From a virus (taxonomy: Duplodnaviria; Caudoviricetes), in IMG/VR virus record IMGVR_UViG_3300030095_002892, positions 1 through 24,903 of that record: DNA of 24,903 bases; one strand, 5' to 3'. Every line of letters begins with the position of its first letter. Within the stretch, counting starts at the first letter, position 1. Positions 23,840 through 24,903 of this stretch are shown piece after piece. A program made the translations under genes and the position numbers. A model generated the notes under the pieces. It saw nothing but the letters and a program-made list of their open reading frames with translations, was not told the origin of the DNA and searched no databases.

Positions 23840-24903
23840 ATGCAAAGCGCAGCAACTTATTCAGCGTCTAACCCTACTGTTATACCAGACGGCGGGTTAG
23901 CGACGTTTCTGACGGCGACCGAAGGTCGGTGGGCGCAAGACAATCCGTGGGCCGATGAATACGATGACCTAGGTCCTACGCAGGGCATAGGCTCTGTTAA
24001 ACAGGTTGCGGATAAAATAGCTGAATTTGGTCGTAACGAAGACACTTATATAGTACACGCGGCGCATGGCGAAACGGTTATTCCTATGGAGGTCTTGGAC
24101 GCCGATCCACGGCTCAAGGCCCGTCTGTTTAGCCAGATGAAAGGCATGGGTATTGAACCCGAGCGGTACATAGTCGGTAGCGAATTAAACTCTATTAACC
24201 CTGTTACAGGGCAACCTGAATTTTTCTTAAAAAAGCTGGTAAGTAGCGTTTGGAAAGGTGTTAAAAAAGTATTTAGAACGGCGGCGCAAATAGTCTTACC
24301 CATAGTTGGGGGCATCATGTTAGGTCCCATAGGCGCGTTTGCTGGAAGTTATGCCGGGACGTTAATTGCAGGAGGAAATTCTGCTCAAGCCCTTAAAGCC
24401 GCTAAAATTGCGGGAATTACGCAAGGGGTTTTTCAAGCGGGTAGTGCAGCAGTAAAAGCGGCGGGTGCGGCGTCACAAGCGGGTGTAGCGGCGGGTGCTC
24501 CGTTGACGGCAGGTCAAAAATTAGCGGCGGGACTTAAAGGTGGGATTTCGTCTATAGGTCAAGGGCTAGGGTTAGCTTCTGGGCCTAACTATTTGCAACA
24601 ATTTACCGGAGGCATAGGCGGTTTCCTAAAGCCCGTCCAAGGCGGCGGTTTTAATTTAGATACCCTTGGGAAAAAAATATCGGCTGCTGAAGCGGCAGCG
24701 GGAAAATATCAAGCTGCCTTGAACCCTTACGCAGACACTTTGTTACAGCCCGTGCTTCCCACAACCGTGAAACAGCCCCCGATTTACCCTAGTATGAATG
24801 ATTTGTTACAAGAAGTAGATGTGCTTGGAACAAAACGCCCTCCTCTTACGGCTACTACAAACGTTGCATCACAAGTAAGTGCTGCACCCGTAAACACTTC
24901 TAC
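23840..24903 (+). CDS. Putative internal virion / DNA-ejection protein, 3'-truncated by window edge; not in ORF track
   Basis: AGGAG RBS, ATG 23840; hand translation is open to the window end. Contains GRNEDTYIVH...GETVIP...INPVTGQPEF, a cationic amphipathic helix, then a long Gly/Ala-rich hydrophobic tract; position matches ejection genes after the nozzle in P22/T7-like phages. Confidence 0.8.
   Translation, partial: MQSAATYSASNPTVIPDGGLATFLTATEGRWAQDNPWADEYDDLGPTQGIGSVKQVADKIAEFGRNEDTYIVHAAHGETVIPMEVLDADPRLKARLFSQMKGMGIEPERYIVGSELNSINPVTGQPEFFLKKLVSSVWKGVKKVFRTAAQIVLPIVGGIMLGPIGAFAGSYAGTLIAGGNSAQALKAAKIAGITQGVFQAGSAAVKAAGAASQAGVAAGAPLTAGQKLAAGLKGGISSIGQGLGLASGPNYLQQFTGGIGGFLKPVQGGGFNLDTLGKKISAAEAAAGKYQAALNPYADTLLQPVLPTTVKQPPIYPSMNDLLQEVDVLGTKRPPLTATTNVASQVSAAPVNTS

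Noticed and set aside
528-24330. Numerous minus-strand ORFs and nested alternative-frame plus-strand ORFs in the track (e.g. 1778-2056, 3406-3627, 9282-9599, 10330-10665, 22910-23245, 24046-24330)
   Set aside because: They overlap well-supported plus-strand genes, have no recognisable motifs, and are explained as shadows of codon bias.
1-24903. tRNA, rRNA, integrase, terminase, transposase or recognisable defence genes
   Set aside because: None seen; intergenic gaps are almost all under 80 nt and no ORF carries the relevant motifs.

Overview
The window is an all plus-strand, tightly packed virion-morphogenesis region of a tailed dsDNA bacteriophage. It looks like the podovirus-type phages common in marine metagenomes (inferred from gene content; host cannot be read from the sequence). 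Order: the tail end of a large EEIQSDWHQ-motif protein split by a single frameshift, portal, small basic proteins, a membrane/lysis cluster (holin-like genes, Zn-finger, M15 peptidase), GroES, scaffold, major capsid with a terminator, minor virion proteins, a second cluster of small K/R-rich proteins, head-tail adaptors, repeat-bearing tail fibre, LamG/SPRY receptor-binding protein, fibre chaperone, an unexpected lipoprotein, a P22 gp10-like nozzle, and the start of a probable DNA-ejection protein. Four genes missing from the ORF track were read directly (4394-4543, 5726-5893, 12755-12892, 23840->24903). Best leads: a candidate self-processing ejection protein carrying an antimicrobial-peptide-like helix; a recurring xxGG / G-h-x-S-L peptide tag on probable internal proteins; a lipoprotein beside the receptor-binding genes; and a beta-strand motif shared by three separate tail proteins. 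All family calls come from motif recognition and synteny, not database searches.
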